From NCBI GenBank assembly GCA_964016885.1, contig OZ024753.1, positions 38,130,001 through 38,194,000 on the forward strand: a stretch of DNA of 64,000 bases, given 5' to 3'. This document shows positions 30,564-45,689 of this stretch, piece by piece. This stretch comes from Eledone cirrhosa. Lineage: Eukaryota. Under the pieces are notes generated by a model. It did not search any database and was not told the DNA's origin. It worked only from the letters and a program-made list of their open reading frames with translations. Made by a program: the position numbers and the translations under genes. The number at the start of each line of letters is the position of its first letter. The stretch's first letter is position 1.

Positions 30564-31015
30564 GACCCCAGATCTAGACTGGTACTTTATTTATCGACCA
30601 CGAAAGAATGAAAGGCAATACTGCACGACTTCAAGTCAGAACACAGAGAGTCGGAACGAATAGAGCAAAGCGTTCTACTCAGCGCTCTAACGACTTTCCC
30701 AATACGCCCACTTATGTATATAGGAATTTGTTTCAAAGTCCCAGGTTGTTCCTCCACGAATTGGTCCCTGATATGCCGTCCAACAGTATCTCAGTTGCAG
30801 TAAATATACGAATGGTTTTAGTAAAGTGTATATATAACTGCGCATGGCATGTGTATGCTAATTGATCGAAAGCGTTGCTGCTACTGCTACTACTAAGTTT
30901 TCAAATCATATATTTCATTGAAGATACGAAATGTCTAAGGTATTGGACTATTAACTTGCGAGTCTCTTGTTTATATACATAACAGACACTCAGTCGAATT
31001 TCCAGGCTAGATCTA

Positions 31016-31090
<75 letters not shown>

Positions 31091-31630
31091 TCTCTGCCTC
31101 AGATCCACCAATCGTTCGAGAATATACGAGGACCCTTCTGGGAAAGTTGGTTGGAATTGATAGTAATGAAAGAAATATTCTGGTAATATTACTTGAAATT
31201 TCATATTGCCCCATTAATTATTCACTTATTAAATCTTTAAATGGTTTCGTGGGGTGGTGGGGGCCGGTGTCACTATTAAGACTAACTAGGCAACCGCCTA
31301 GGGCACATATTTCAGAGAAGAGCATGACTTAAACTTAAAGGAGCACAATTTTATACAAATTTGTACAATTAAATAAAATATACAACAATTTCCTGTAATC
31401 AATGAATAAATCGGTCCAGTATTCGAATCCACGGCGCTACGATCGTAAGCGAAGTACCCTAACTGTTAAGCCATGCACCATCACTAGCAAGCAGACGTTT
31501 CAAATTGAAGAGTGCTTCATAAGATGTCATTCTGACCGTTGTGACCACGAGGTGGATTAACCCTTAAATGAGAGTGAAGTTGTCTGTATTGCAGTAAGTC
31601 AAATATATGTAGCTGATACTTCAAACGAAA

Positions 31631-32138
31631 TAGCTCAAACGAAGTATCAACTAAATCAACGGCATCCCCCCAGAAGAATGTTTGCATCAACTGACAGTAG
31701 CTCAAACGAAGTATCAACTACATCAACGGCATCCCCCCAGAAGAATGTTTGTATCAACTGACAGTAGCTCAAACGAAGTATCAACTACATCAACGGCATC
31801 CCACCAGAAGAATGTTTGTATCAACTGACAGTAGCTCAAACGAAGTATCAACTACATCAACGTCATCCCTCCAGAAGAATGTTTGCATCAACTGACAGTA
31901 GCTCAAACGAAGTATCAACTACATCAACGTCATCCCTCCAGAAGAATGTTTGCATCAACTGACAGTAGCTCAAACGAAGTATCAACTACATCATCGTCAG
32001 ACCCCCAGAAGAATGTTTGTATAAACTGACAGAAGCTCAAACCAAGTATTAACGTCGTCCTCAAAGAATAATGTGTGTATCAACTGACAGAAGTTCAAAC
32101 GAAGGATGAACTACATCAACGTCATCTCTCCAGAAGAA
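31631..32138. repeat. 67-bp minisatellite, ~7.5 copies
   Basis: tagctcaaacgaagtatcaac starts at 31631, 31698, 31765, 31832, 31899 and 31966; later units decayed. Confidence 0.92.
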
Positions 32139-33650
32139 TAAAGAATATTTGAGCTCTATTGTTACTGTCATTCTTTCTCGTAATAAAAGAATAGATATAA
32201 AGCTTCAATGTGTGTTGAAATCTTTTAGAAAAGACGATATGGGAAGCATACTCAACTAGAACATTTATCCCCATTCTCAATTTGATGTAATAAAAAACAA
32301 CACCAACACCACCGCCACCACCAATAACAACATAAGGTTTACAAATCAATAATTGGTAAAATGTAGTTTATCTAACATATAAAATGCATAAAAAGATTTT
32401 TTTTTACCAATTTACATATGGCACACATAAATAAATAGCCTATAACTGATTAAAACCAAATATAATCGAATACCTTTCGATCTATTTTCTATAGTAGTTG
32501 CAGCTCTTATGTAAAAAATATGCATTTATAGGGAAATACAAAATTTGTTGATTCAGAAATATCAAACAAGTTCGTTTAAAGAATCTAGAGCAATATAAAC
32601 CAAATAGACGATTCCATGACAATATATTTAGTATCTACGGCCTTGTGCTTAAATTAGAAATCAATATATTCAGTATCTTTATTGATTATTTTTATTGAAG
32701 TCACCATAAACGCTATTTCCAAAATGTTTATGTAAAGTTATATATTATTGAACTAATATATAATCACCATACCATATATTTGTAGTACTATAGCTGTTAT
32801 ACTTAACAAATATCGATTTCTAATTTAGACACTAAGCCAGCAAATTTGGGGGAAAAGAGCAAAAGCTGATTAAATCGACCCCAATACTTGACTGGTATTT
32901 TATTTTATCGACCTCGGTAGAATGAAAGGCAAAGTTGACCAATTGTGTATATATCAAATAAAATACCAATATACCCAGATATAGTGTACATTGTGTATAT
33001 ATCAAATGAAATACCAATATACCCAACTATAAGAGCCATCACAAATTAACAGTTAAAAATATTGTTGCTTCACATTTAATCCCATTGAGATTTAAAAAGC
33101 TTGTTAATATGGTACATGACTGAAGAATTTCTAGCTGACAATTCAAAATAGAGGAAGAAATTGAGGAAACTGACATTACAAGAAGAGAAATGTAACCTTG
33201 GTCTCTGAGAACTACCACAGGTGATAAACATCTTTTGCTTGACATTTTCACATATAAACGCAAAATAGGATCTCGTATTTAAGTGAATGAAGAGTCATCT
33301 ATCTAAAATTTCTCCAATCTATTCCAAAGAATGTTTAAAATTGATCTTAAATTTACTAACAATTTGAAGCCTCTATCTAGATATATAGATTTATTTAAAG
33401 TTTACCAAGTTTAAAATTTCTCCAGCGAAAGTCCTTCGGCTATTTCATATAATTTGATAATATTACATATAAATCATTTATAACTTGCTACAGCAGTTCT
33501 CAGTAAATACGGATGGCATCCACCGAGACTCATAGCAGCAGTTTATATATCACAGTGTTTGCTTCAAAACAGCCTATTGCCTAAATATATTATTACTTGG
33601 AACACATGGCAGTCGTTTTAATCTTCATCTTTTCTTTATTTATAAGCCTT

Positions 33651-33780
33651 ACTTGAGAATGTATATAATACTTGAGAATGTATATAATACTTGAGAATGT
33701 ATATAATACTTGAGAATGTATATAATACTTGAGAATGTATATAATACTTGAGAATGTATATAATACTTGAGAATGTATAT
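33651..33780. repeat. 19-bp tandem repeat (acttgagaatgtatataat), ~6.8 copies
   Basis: Direct reading. Confidence 0.95.
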
Positions 33781-34074
33781 ACATTTTGTACATTGTAACT
33801 ATTCTATTCCTTCAGTGTTCGACATTCAATAATTTTAGAAAAATCTAAGTGGATAGACGATATGAAATGGATGACAAAGAAACCACTGTTTCTATGCAAA
33901 TGATCATGGTAGAAAGACAACAAAAAGGAGCCAATCGTCAGATTGGACCATGGAAGCAGTGTTTCCATTGGTCTTTCCATTGTCAATCGCAACTCCTGGC
34001 AGAAAGAGTATCGTGAAATAAAGTATTTTGTTCAAGAACATAACACATCGCTTGATTCAGGAATCGAACCCACA

Positions 34075-34470
34075 ACAAGGTCCCCTATCATTAAAACTTC
34101 TAAGAAACCTCCTATGAGAAACAACCTTGTAGGAAGCTAGCTAAACATACGTAGATGTGAACTGTAATAACAACATGATAGGATCGGGGCCTCTATCATT
34201 AAAACAATTAAGAAAACTCCTATGAGATACAACTTTGTAGGACGTCAGGAAAACCTACATATGTGTGAGCTGTAACAACATGATAGGATTGGGGTCTCTA
34301 TCATTGAAACATCGGAAAAACCTCCCATGAGATATAACCTTATAGGAGACTAGCTAGACCCTAATAGGTGTGAGCTGTAACAACAACAAGATAGGACTAG
34401 GCCGCCTATCATTAAAACATCTGAGAAACCTATAGGAGGCCAACAAAACCCGCAGAGATCTGAGCTGTAC
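34075..34470. repeat. Diverged ~107-bp tandem repeat, ~3.7 copies
   Basis: ctatcatt(a/g)aaac recurs at ~34085, 34193, 34298 and 34407. Confidence 0.8.
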
Positions 34471-35282
34471 ATTATTTTTATATTATATAAAAGTACATCC
34501 CCGGTCTTAATTTGTTTTCCTTTCTAAATCCCGGTAGTACCTTTTAAAAATGTGTTCTAATTTCATTATACCTTACTTGGAATATCATATGGTAAGAATT
34601 TATACTTCAGCTAATGTAAATGACTAATTTCAAAATTACTTACATTCACACATAAACATTATATCTCTGCTTTTGTCGAATATTATGCTATTTCAGCACA
34701 ACTAATAGATAAGCTTTTAATGCAGTATCTAATCTCTCTTACGCAAATTCCATTACCTGGAGTCTTTCAGTGACACTAGATTTCATACTAACTACCAATG
34801 TATCGAAAATAGTCTTGTTGTACGCGAGTGAGAATGTTAATTAATTTGCCTATTGTCTCACCTTCCTCTCTCCTATCCTACGTGGAATATGAGCAATTTT
34901 ATTTTACAAATAAATATAAGTGGATAGCAGCACCATTATTGAAAATAAATGCAGAAGATGAAAGGTGTATTATAAATGCCAGAAGGCTGTTCGTTTATTG
35001 GCGAGATCTACCAATTCTTCTTAATCAGGAATCACAGAATCTCACCAACCAATTTAGTTGGTTTTTAAGCCGTCGTTTGACATTATATATGATTTCCGAG
35101 GAAATATTACATAGTGATCCTTTTAGACTGTACTCAATAGCCGGTGCTTTTTTCTTTTTAAAGATTCGTGTGAAGATACTTCGGTTATTATATAGTGTTA
35201 CTGTTGAAATAGAAACGCAGCTGCTATGAATAAACTCGTCATATTTCGACATGCATGTATACATACACACATACATACATAC

Positions 35283-35875
35283 ATGGTGGCTGCCAACTCG
35301 TTTACGAGTACGGCCACTACTTTATATCCATGTAGGAGAACCCCTACCGATGCGCTGAACAAGTGTGACTTTTTAGTCCAGCCAGTGACTTGAAAACTCT
35401 GGTACAAACACTACACTTGTGACAATTATTGACACATAGTGCTGGGCCGATGGTACCATGTGACGACAAGTGTAGAGAGATCTCCAGATAGAAAGCAATG
35501 CCTGTGCCGTGAAGCTTTTATAGTGAGCAAAGGCACTGCACAAAGCCAGTCCCACTCTCTTAACCAAGATGATATTTACCAAAAAGAAGAACAAGTCAAC
35601 ATCATTGGATACCATCAGGGTTGCAGGTGTTATATCAGAGTTTTCCTTCTCCTAGAATTCTGCCTTGACAAAGGCTAAGGGGTCATCTCTCCCAGTGATT
35701 TTGGATGGCCATTGACTCTTAAGAGCGTCTTTGCCCTTTGACAGGTTTTGTTTTTAGTCCTGCAGGATGTCCAAAGTCACCCTCCTCACCAAGAAACCTT
35801 GGTGGGGTTGCCAGTTTAGTCGCCAACGACCCGACCATGGGACAGGTTGTACTGGGATACATGTTACCAGTAGCA
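35283..35875 (-). mobile_element. Family R ~600-bp repeat, probable RTE-derived non-autonomous retroelement
   Basis: Reverse complement of the 61878 and 62758 copies; flanked by (TACA)n on both sides. Confidence 0.85.
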
Positions 35876-36728
35876 CATACATACATACATACATACATAC
35901 ATACATACATACATACATACATACATACATACATACATACATACACACACACGTATATACATGCATACACACATACATACATGTATACATACATACACGC
36001 ATACATGAATACATACATATATACATACATATTTGATAAAAGTTAACCAAGACCAACAAGGAAGAACATACAATACAATGATGATATATGTTAGTTCGAT
36101 ATTTGATATAGTAGGGAATGTGCTGGGATGTTTTGGACGCTAGTTATTCTGAGGAAAATAGAAAGACAGAAAGACAGACAAGAGTAAAAAAACGAAAGTA
36201 CACGCGAGGAGGAAAATGCTATTTTTCAGAAACAAAGCAGCCATTTTGGAATATATATTTATATTTATATATACAGAGTCCGCCAATAAAATGTAAACAA
36301 ACTTTAGGAAAAGATATATATATGTATATATTCAATTAGTCAACAACTTGTATCAAGATATCTCAACATGGCAATTCATCTTTTGTTTTTTGTTTATGTA
36401 TATAGTTATTAAAAACAATTTAAATATTTATACAAGTTTTTTTCTCTTTTCCTGAAGTATGCATACATCATTTTTGGGCGTCCCACCCCCGTCTCTCTCT
36501 CTCTATATATATATATATAATCGATCGAACTTTCGGACCGAGGAAACAATGTTTTCGTTGGTCTTTCCAGTTGCTAGTACTATCTATCGGTCGCAACTCC
36601 AGGTAGAAGGAGCAACGTGAAATAAAGTGTCTTGATCAAGGACATAATGCATCGCCTGGTCCAGGAATCGAACTCACAACCTCAAGATTGTGAATCCAAT
36701 TCTCTAACCACTCAGCCACACGCCTTCA

Positions 36729-37229
<501 letters not shown>

Positions 37230-37273
37230 ATGAAATGACAGGAGGCTGGATTTGTGTAAATCCTTGAAAGGTT

Positions 37274-37347
37274 TATTATACTATGATCATTTCAATGACC
37301 GGGTTCCGTATGAATCCGGTGATATCATCAGGTATTCGAAATATAAT
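37274..37347 (-). ncRNA. Type I hammerhead ribozyme (family D, minus arm)
   Basis: Exact reverse complement of 37457-37530. Confidence 0.8.
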
Positions 37348-37456
37348 ACGTGAATGTAATAGGCGACCGGCGACCGGCTGGGTTGAAGGAACAGAATAGC
37401 GGTCGCCCTCGGGTCTCGATTTTCAGCCCCATGGATTTTACCTATTACATTCACGT

Positions 37457-37530
37457 ATTATATTTCGAATACCTGATGATATCACCGGATTCATACGGAA
37501 CCCGGTCATTGAAATGATCATAGTATAATA
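37457..37530 (+). ncRNA. Type I hammerhead ribozyme (family D, plus arm)
   Basis: ATAC-CTGATGA-tatc-ACCGG..CCGGT-catt-GAAA-TGATCA-TA-GTAT. Confidence 0.8.
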
Positions 37531-37917
37531 AACCTTTCAAGGATTTACACAAATCCAGCCTCCTGTCATTTCATTATAATATTTAACTCCGTAATAGCAC
37601 CACCAACTACAAAAACAAAGACGGTTGAACTGCTTTACGTTGAGTACTCTCTATATTATTGCATTACGATTGACCATACGGAATAGACCAGCTCTATACA
37701 GTGGTGAACCTCAAACCTGAATAAATATATATATATATATATATATATTTTCATAAATATAGGAATCCACAAGTCTGATGAGCTATCGATTCCGGTCGTA
37801 CCTTGAGCGTCACATGTGAATCTTAACTATAATAAAGAAAGGAGTGCGGGTCTGCGTCCAGAATATTTTTTTTTAACCCCGTTTGTAAATTAAGTTGGAT
37901 TACTTTGAATAAATAAT

Positions 37918-38105
37918 TATTTCTACTTTTGGCACAAGGCCACCAATTATCCCAGTGCATTACTGGTACTTTATTTTATCGACCCCGTAAGGATGAAAGG
38001 CAAAGTTAACCTTGGCGGGATTTGAACTCAGACCACAAAGGGCCATAACACTTTGCTGCAAAGCATGGCGTCCGACCCTCTACCGATACTGCCAATCCAC
38101 CGCCC
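37918..38105 (-). mobile_element. SINE S1 with 17-bp TSD
   Basis: tactttgaataaataat at 37901-37917 and 38106-38122. Confidence 0.92.
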
Positions 38106-38519
38106 TACTTTGAATAAATAATGAATGAATATTACATAATTTATGTGCTAAATTTCGTGGCTGTTGATTAAATATATTTTATAGCTTATATAATGATTCA
38201 CTTCTTTAAAATTTTCAAATGTCAATACTTCCGGTTAACGGCCGTTATATTATAACACTTATAAAAATATCGCATATATTTCCGTCGCTAATTTTCTCCT
38301 AATGCAGTTTATATATAATATCGTCTTTTTTTAAACGTATCATGGATTACTTTACTGATTACAGAAGACAGTGTAACATAGACTTCGTTCAATTTCTGTG
38401 TATATTGTCAATTACGATTTTATTTGATGTATCATATCTACATGTATAATATCAATATACACACTACACATGCTAGCAGAAAACCATCCTAGTGTGGTTT
38501 TCCTGCTAGTAAACATAAT

Positions 38520-38705
38520 TGTTTCTACTTTTGGCACAAGGCCAGCAATTACCCAGTACATTACTGGTACTTTATTTTATCGACCCTGTAAGGATGAAAA
38601 GCAAAGTTAACCTCGGCGGGATTTGAACTGAGAATGGCAAGGGCCGTAACTCAATGCGTCAAAGCATAGCGTCCGACCCCCTACCGATACTGCCAATCCA
38701 CCGCC
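38520..38705 (-). mobile_element. SINE S1 with 14-bp TSD
   Basis: ctagtaaacataat at 38506-38519 and 38706-38719. Confidence 0.92.
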
Positions 38706-38747
38706 CTAGTAAACATAATGATGGTATATTGATACCTCGTTCCTGCT

Positions 38748-38806
<59 letters not shown>

Positions 38807-38884
38807 GGGTTTGTGAACAAACGGGAGAACTGCTCAATACAAGCAGCTAAAATTACATATATTATATTACTGGTATTGGTCTCT

Positions 38885-38926
38885 ATTGCTACTCAGAGTT
38901 TCGCAAGTTTCCGCTCATCACGCAAT
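38885..38926 (-). ncRNA. Hammerhead motif with C3G substitution (probably decayed)
   Basis: ATTGC-GTGATGA-GC..GC-GAAA-CTCTGAG-TA-GCAAT. Confidence 0.55.
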
Positions 38927-38959
38927 TACTGAGTTACGTGATAAATGCATGTAGATATG

Positions 38960-39165
38960 GTTTCTGATTTAGACACAAGGCCAATAATTTTGGGAGAGCA
39001 TAAAGTCGATTAAATCAACCCCAGATCGTTACTGGTACTTTATTTTATTGTCCTCGTAAGGATGAAAGGCAAATCTAACCTGGGCCGGATTTGAACCCAG
39101 AACGTAAAGGGACATAACTATATGCTGCAAAGCATATTGTCCAACGCTCTCTCGATTCTGCCAAT
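38960..39165 (-). mobile_element. SINE S1 (long variant, diverged)
   Basis: Shared motifs with S1, plus the aagtcgattaaatcaacccc segment. Confidence 0.8.
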
Positions 39166-39540
39166 GTATGTCTATATAATAGCAGTTCTATCCGAAGTTA
39201 CCCAGATTTTTTTTGGTAAACTGAAGTGATTTAAATTTAAAGTATGATCGATTACTCGTTACAAGTGACCGACCATTACCCCTCTTTACACTTAATGTAG
39301 TTCTCGGGGAGATTCAGCATGTGTGTCAAGACAAGCCACCCCCTGGAATCAGACGTAGAATTTTTCCAGTTGAGTGGACTAGAACATGGAGACAAGTCAC
39401 ACACGCTAACCACTAAGCTACACACATTACATATCATGTAATACAAACATGGTAATAGAAATAACATTTTGTGAATGGAACATTTATGTTTACTCTGGAA
39501 AAAAAATCTATCTATCTATATATATATATATATCTCCCCC

Positions 39541-39575
<35 letters not shown>

Positions 39576-39608
39576 CATATGTGTACGTATGTTGAATCTC
39601 ACCACAAG

Positions 39609-39642
<34 letters not shown>

Positions 39643-40110
39643 GTTGTCGTTACAATTATCCCAAAGCAACCTTTGAGACGAAAAGAATCTAAATAAAAAT
39701 AATTTATAAATAACTAAAACCTCTCCCAATAACTTTCGATAAATAAACAAACAAACAACTGTTTTGACTCCGGAAACTAAAGAAATCTGTGTTTTATAGA
39801 CATCAGAAAGAAATTATATAAACGCCATTTTTATTTTTATATTTATCCACGCATGCGTTAATGTCATCAGAGCGTTCAGCAGTAACTTCCCATAGAATAT
39901 CACCATCAACAACAACAATAACAGCAATAATAACAACAGCACAATGACCATCAACAACAACAATAACAGCAATACCAACGACACCAACAACACAGTGACC
40001 ACCACCACCACCCACAACATCAACAAAAACAGCAACAACAACAATAACAGCCATACCAACAACGACACCAATAGCACAATGACTACCACCACCACCACCA
40101 CCACCACCAC

Positions 40111-40142
<32 letters not shown>

Positions 40143-40674
40143 GCAGCAGCAGCAGCAACAAATTTGCACATTTTTATATATCGTATATAAATGAACGGTA
40201 AAACTGCAAAAGACATTAATGTGTGTATGATAAATAGTGTTTTATTTCTTTTATGTGGATGTACGTGGCTTAGTGGGTAATGTGGTCGACTAACGACCAC
40301 GAGGTCGTGAGTTCAATTCCTAGTGGCTTGATGTAGCTTAGTATACCATCATTTTGTTTCAGGTAGCTTAGCTCCACACAGCTGGATAAAGGATGAGTTG
40401 TAATTGTAATTCGAAGGGGCAGAATTGTTAGTTATTGTGTCACGCTGAATCTCCCTGAGAACTATATTAAGAGGTCACGTGTCAGTGGAATGTTCAGTTA
40501 ATTTCATGAGTAGGATGTTTCATTTTCATAAAACTGGAACACACGCGTCGCCAGGATCGACGAAGGTCCAACAACAACAATAACAACAACAACAGCATCA
40601 ACGGCATCAACAACAACAGCAATAACAACAACAACAACAACAACGGCAACAGCAACAGTACACACATACACATA

Positions 40675-40779
40675 TACAGGATGTCCCCAAAACAGGTATA
40701 CACACTTCAACAACATTCTTGTAAATATTGCCTGTACAGGTAATAAAAGTGTGTATATATTTTTGGGGGACATACTGTA
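40675..40779. mobile_element. Tc1/mariner-type MITE
   Basis: TA-CAGGATGTCCCCAAAA..TATACACACTT / AAGTGTGTATA..TTTTGGGGGACATACTG-TA; imperfect TIRs with TA flanks. Confidence 0.7.
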
Positions 40780-41071
40780 TATATCTATATGTAAACAATG
40801 TAGTTTAGCTGTGGGTTCCCTTGAGTTAATTTCAAGTCCAGAAAAATTAAATATACGAATTTAGTGAAGCTGAAAGCATTTATTTTATGTCAGGAGAAGC
40901 GGTTGTATTAAGACTGGTGCTACTTATATCATGGACCATAAGTTAGCAAGGGAAGGACGTAAAATACCGAACTGAAACATTTACAAACTTTCTCAGCATC
41001 TTGTCTATACGACAGCACAGTTCACATACACCACCCATATATATATATACATACGTGTATACTTATACGTG

Positions 41072-41149
<78 letters not shown>

Positions 41150-41253
41150 GGTAGAATTCCGTGTATTCCTGAAGAAGTAATAGTTCCGAAGAGATCAGAT
41201 GATGGGAGTTATTGTTTTTGTGGATTCTAAACGAGCTAATAACACACATACAG

Positions 41254-41330
<77 letters not shown>

Positions 41331-41364
41331 CACACACACATACACATACATATATATATATACT

Positions 41365-41417
<53 letters not shown>

Positions 41418-41418
41418 T

Positions 41419-41461
<43 letters not shown>

Positions 41462-41463
41462 TT

Positions 41464-41500
<37 letters not shown>

Positions 41501-41503
41501 CTT

Positions 41504-41541
<38 letters not shown>

Positions 41542-41674
41542 TAAACAATCCGTGAGACTATTACAGATAAAATTTACAGTTACCTCGAGATAGAAACTGT
41601 AGACTTAATTATCTTTATTAATGGTGAAACTGGTGAAAGATTGTAAGTTTACAATTTTACTACACATAAAAGTA

Positions 41675-41707
<33 letters not shown>

Positions 41708-41712
41708 TCTTT

Positions 41713-41763
<51 letters not shown>

Positions 41764-41976
41764 ACACACACACATATATATATCAGCAATCACCCCTGCA
41801 CACTAGTCGCCATTTTACATGACGATGTTGTCCAAGGGAAAGGCAAAAAGCTGATACACCTTGGCACCAGTGACGTCATAGGCGAACTGAGAAGGCAAAG
41901 ATCCAAATGAGATACGACGAGGCACCACGTGTCAATGTTCTAATGAATCCACCCTGGACTGGCATTAATTTATTGA

Positions 41977-42364
41977 AGGGCGGTGGATTGGCAGTATCGG
42001 TAGAGGGTCGGACGCCATGCTTTCCAGCATAGTTACGTCCCTTTACGATCTGAGTTCAAATCCCGCCGAGGTTGACTTTGCCTTTCATCCTTACGGGGTC
42101 GATAAAATAAAGTACCAGTAATGCACTGGGTAATTGCTGGCCTTGTGCCTAAAGTAGAAACAATTAATTTATTGAAGGGCGGTGGATTGGCAGTATCGGT
42201 AGAGGGTCGGACGCCGTGCTTTGACGCATAGAGTTACGGCCCTTGCCATTCTGAGTTCAAATCCCGCCGAGGTTAACTTTGCCTTTCATCCTTACGGGGT
42301 CGATAAAATAAAGTACCAGTAATACACTGGGTAATTTCTGGCCTTGTGCCAAACGTAGAAACAA
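41977..42364 (+). mobile_element. Head-to-tail pair of SINE S1 copies with triplicated TSD
   Basis: attaatttattga at 41964, 42163 and 42364. Confidence 0.9.
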
Positions 42365-42507
42365 TTAATTTATTGATCCGGAACAGAGGAAAGAGAACGT
42401 TGACCTCTGAGGGGTTTGAACACAGAACCCAGAGACCCAGAACAGATCCTGCGAAGCATATCAATTTAATGATAAACACCTAGTCTAATCCCCCCTCTCT
42501 TTCTCTA

Positions 42508-42509
<2 letters not shown>

Positions 42510-42564
<55 letters not shown>

Positions 42565-42770
42565 ATGCATATGCATATATACATATATATATATACATGC
42601 ATATATACATATATATATATACATGCATATATACATATATATATACATGCTTATATATATATATATATATACGTATACATATATACATATATATACATAT
42701 ATATACATATATATATATATATATGCATATATATATATACGTATACATATATACACATATATATATATGC

Positions 42771-42846
<76 letters not shown>

Positions 42847-42873
42847 GTATACATATATACACATATATATATA

Positions 42874-42962
<89 letters not shown>

Positions 42963-42989
42963 GTATACATATATACACATATATATATA

Positions 42990-43039
<50 letters not shown>

Positions 43040-43177
43040 TATATATATATATATACGTATACATATATACACATATATATATATGCATATATATATATGT
43101 GTATATATGTATACGTATATATATATATATGCATATATATATGTGTGTATATATGTATACGTATATATATATATATA

Positions 43178-43269
<92 letters not shown>

Positions 43270-43419
43270 TATATATACATATATACGTATACATATATAC
43301 ACATATATATATATGCATATATATATCTCTCTCTCTATATATATATAATATATATATATATACACACATGTAAATATATGCATAGATATATATACATATA
43401 TATACATATATATATGCAA

Positions 43420-43470
<51 letters not shown>
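42510..43470. repeat. Compound TA-rich microsatellite
   Basis: Direct reading; source of the spurious 200-340 aa ORFs. Confidence 0.95.
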
Positions 43471-43790
43471 AGTATTTACATATTTCTCCAATATTAATTT
43501 TTACAAAAAGAATTACGTTACATTTATTAACTCTTCCCACATCGCTGTAATATTTTCTAAACTCCTACATTTCATTTATCGCTCATTTCTCAATAGTTAA
43601 TGGCGCAACATTAAAACATTATTACTCATTAATATTATATATCGTTTGTTAGATGTTAATGTTGTATCGTTTGTTACTTATTAAATGTCATATCTCATTT
43701 CTTATTTATTAATTTTATCTACGCTTAATTGTCGCTATGTACAAATGAAAAAAATTGTAATAGAGTATTCTCTCTCTCAATATGTTTATA

Positions 43791-43872
<82 letters not shown>

Positions 43873-43883
43873 ATATACATATT

Positions 43884-43938
<55 letters not shown>

Positions 43939-44087
43939 ATATATATACATATTATATACATACATATATATATATAATATATATAGAATATATATATATA
44001 TATATATACATATTATATACATACATATATATATAATATATATAGAATATATATATATATACATATTATATACATACATATATATAT

Positions 44088-44164
<77 letters not shown>

Positions 44165-44250
44165 TACTATATATACATATTATATATATATATATAATAT
44201 ATACACATATACACATATACATATAAATAAATATATATATATATATATAT

Positions 44251-44970
44251 GCAAAAGTTTTATTTAAAATGTTGGGTTATAACGAGTAAATATTTTATAA
44301 CTGATATAAAAGCACTCAACAGGTTTTGGAGTATTTTACGATATTCATGAATATTGATGTTTACATTATAATTCATATGAATTGATAGACTGATGAAACA
44401 TAATATTTTAAAACTATCATTTTTGTTTCTAAGTATTTCTCCTCTCCTACTCCCTCTACTCTTATATCGGCTGTTTTAACTCTATCTCCTGTATATCACC
44501 CTCCCCTATCTCTCCCACCTCGTATAACAGATATTACTCGATCTACCTCTCCTTATTTATTTTTGTTTTTATTTCTCCCCGTATCCTTAACACTAAATAA
44601 ATAAATAAACAAATGAATAATTACAGTACCCCTTCCCTCATAGATCTCTCATTTGGTGGTTTTCTCTTTACATACATTTCTTCTTCTTCACCTTCCGCTC
44701 TTTCTTTTTCTTTTCTCCTTCTTTTTCTTTTTCCTTTTTTCCTTTTTTCTCCGTCTTTTTTTCTAACCGTCCTTAACATTTTCACTACCGTAACAACTTT
44801 TTAAATGGAAGTTGTAAACTCTAAGGTATGTCAAATTTATTTATAAAACTGTCTATATATTGTATTTTGTCTGAAGAGGGCATACCATATTTTAATATGA
44901 TATCCCTGAAATATATATAATGAAATAAATATGGTTTTATAAATGTAATTTCCATTTGTTTAATATCGTA
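44251..44970 (+). mobile_element. Family-A PLE 3' fragment with inverted tail
   Basis: Ends homologous to 17628-17910 and 52140-56978; pyrimidine-rich 3' UTR; (TA)n flanks. Confidence 0.85.
44863..44927 (+). ncRNA. Type I hammerhead ribozyme (family A)
   Basis: TATTTTGT-CTGAAGA-GGG-C-ATA..TAT-C-CCT-GAAA-TATATA-TA-ATGAAATA. Confidence 0.8.
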
Positions 44971-44984
44971 TATATATATATATT

Positions 44985-45019
<35 letters not shown>

Positions 45020-45110
45020 GTATGTAAAAGGTAAACAGAAATAACAACACAGTTGATACAGTATATGGAAAGTATATATTAGGTTAACGCTTGATATAGC
45101 AAGAAGAGGG

Positions 45111-45146
45111 TCTTAACGTTTCGGACGCTAGCCTTTCATCAGAAGA
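45111..45146 (-). ncRNA. Minimal type I hammerhead motif
   Basis: TCTT-CTGATGA-AAGGCTAGCGTCC-GAAA-CG-TT-AAGA. Confidence 0.65.
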
Positions 45147-45689
45147 AAGAAAGAGAAATAAAATAGATTAGGCGGACGGCGGGATGGAATTGGAAAAAAT
45201 GTCTTTAGATAAAAATAATAGGTCCATTCATGTTGACATCTCATACATACACATATAAGCCTGTATTTGAAGATTTTACGATAAGTTTAATTTTGATATA
45301 ATTACAGCTTTTGAATAATGAATCTTGTGAAAATACTCCTGTGTAAACATCCTTTCTACCATTACTGCCTGTACACAGGAAAACAGAAGATTCTCATTAA
45401 ACGAATTTGCATTTTAAGATAATTTTTATCATCTCCGATAGTCTCCCTTTGCCATGTTTTAAAATGCTGTGTATTTCTATCAATAGGCTTCATGTTTGGG
45501 AAGGAACGTAACTAAATGGTTAGGGTGAAAAGCTCACGACCGTATGGCCATGATTTCAATTTATGGTGATGCGTTGGCTCTTTGAATAAGATATTTATTT
45601 TATGTTGCTCTAGTCCACTCAACTGGCAAACATGAAATGTAACTGTAATTCAAAGGATCACCCAAGAATATGACTATAAGTTCAAGACT

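Noticed and set aside
31631-32138. Regular repeats superficially like a CRISPR array (also 25289-25582)
   Set aside because: Whole units repeat with no unique spacers, there are no cas genes, and the context is eukaryotic
34660-35229. 133-aa plus-strand ORF, and a possible decayed gag-like reading on minus (REEGETIGKLIN...)
   Set aside because: No recognisable domain for the ORF; the gag resemblance is too weak to support without a search
35439-35678. 79-aa ORF conserved in three places (35439, 62092, 62972)
   Set aside because: Conservation reflects repeat family R copies; it is antisense to the inferred element and lacks an ATG start
37770-37825. CTGATGA-GCT...AGC-GTCA motif
   Set aside because: GAAA is replaced by GTCA; decayed or chance
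41977-42075. tRNA-like A/B boxes
   Set aside because: These are SINE heads with no full cloverleaf, so they are not tRNA genes
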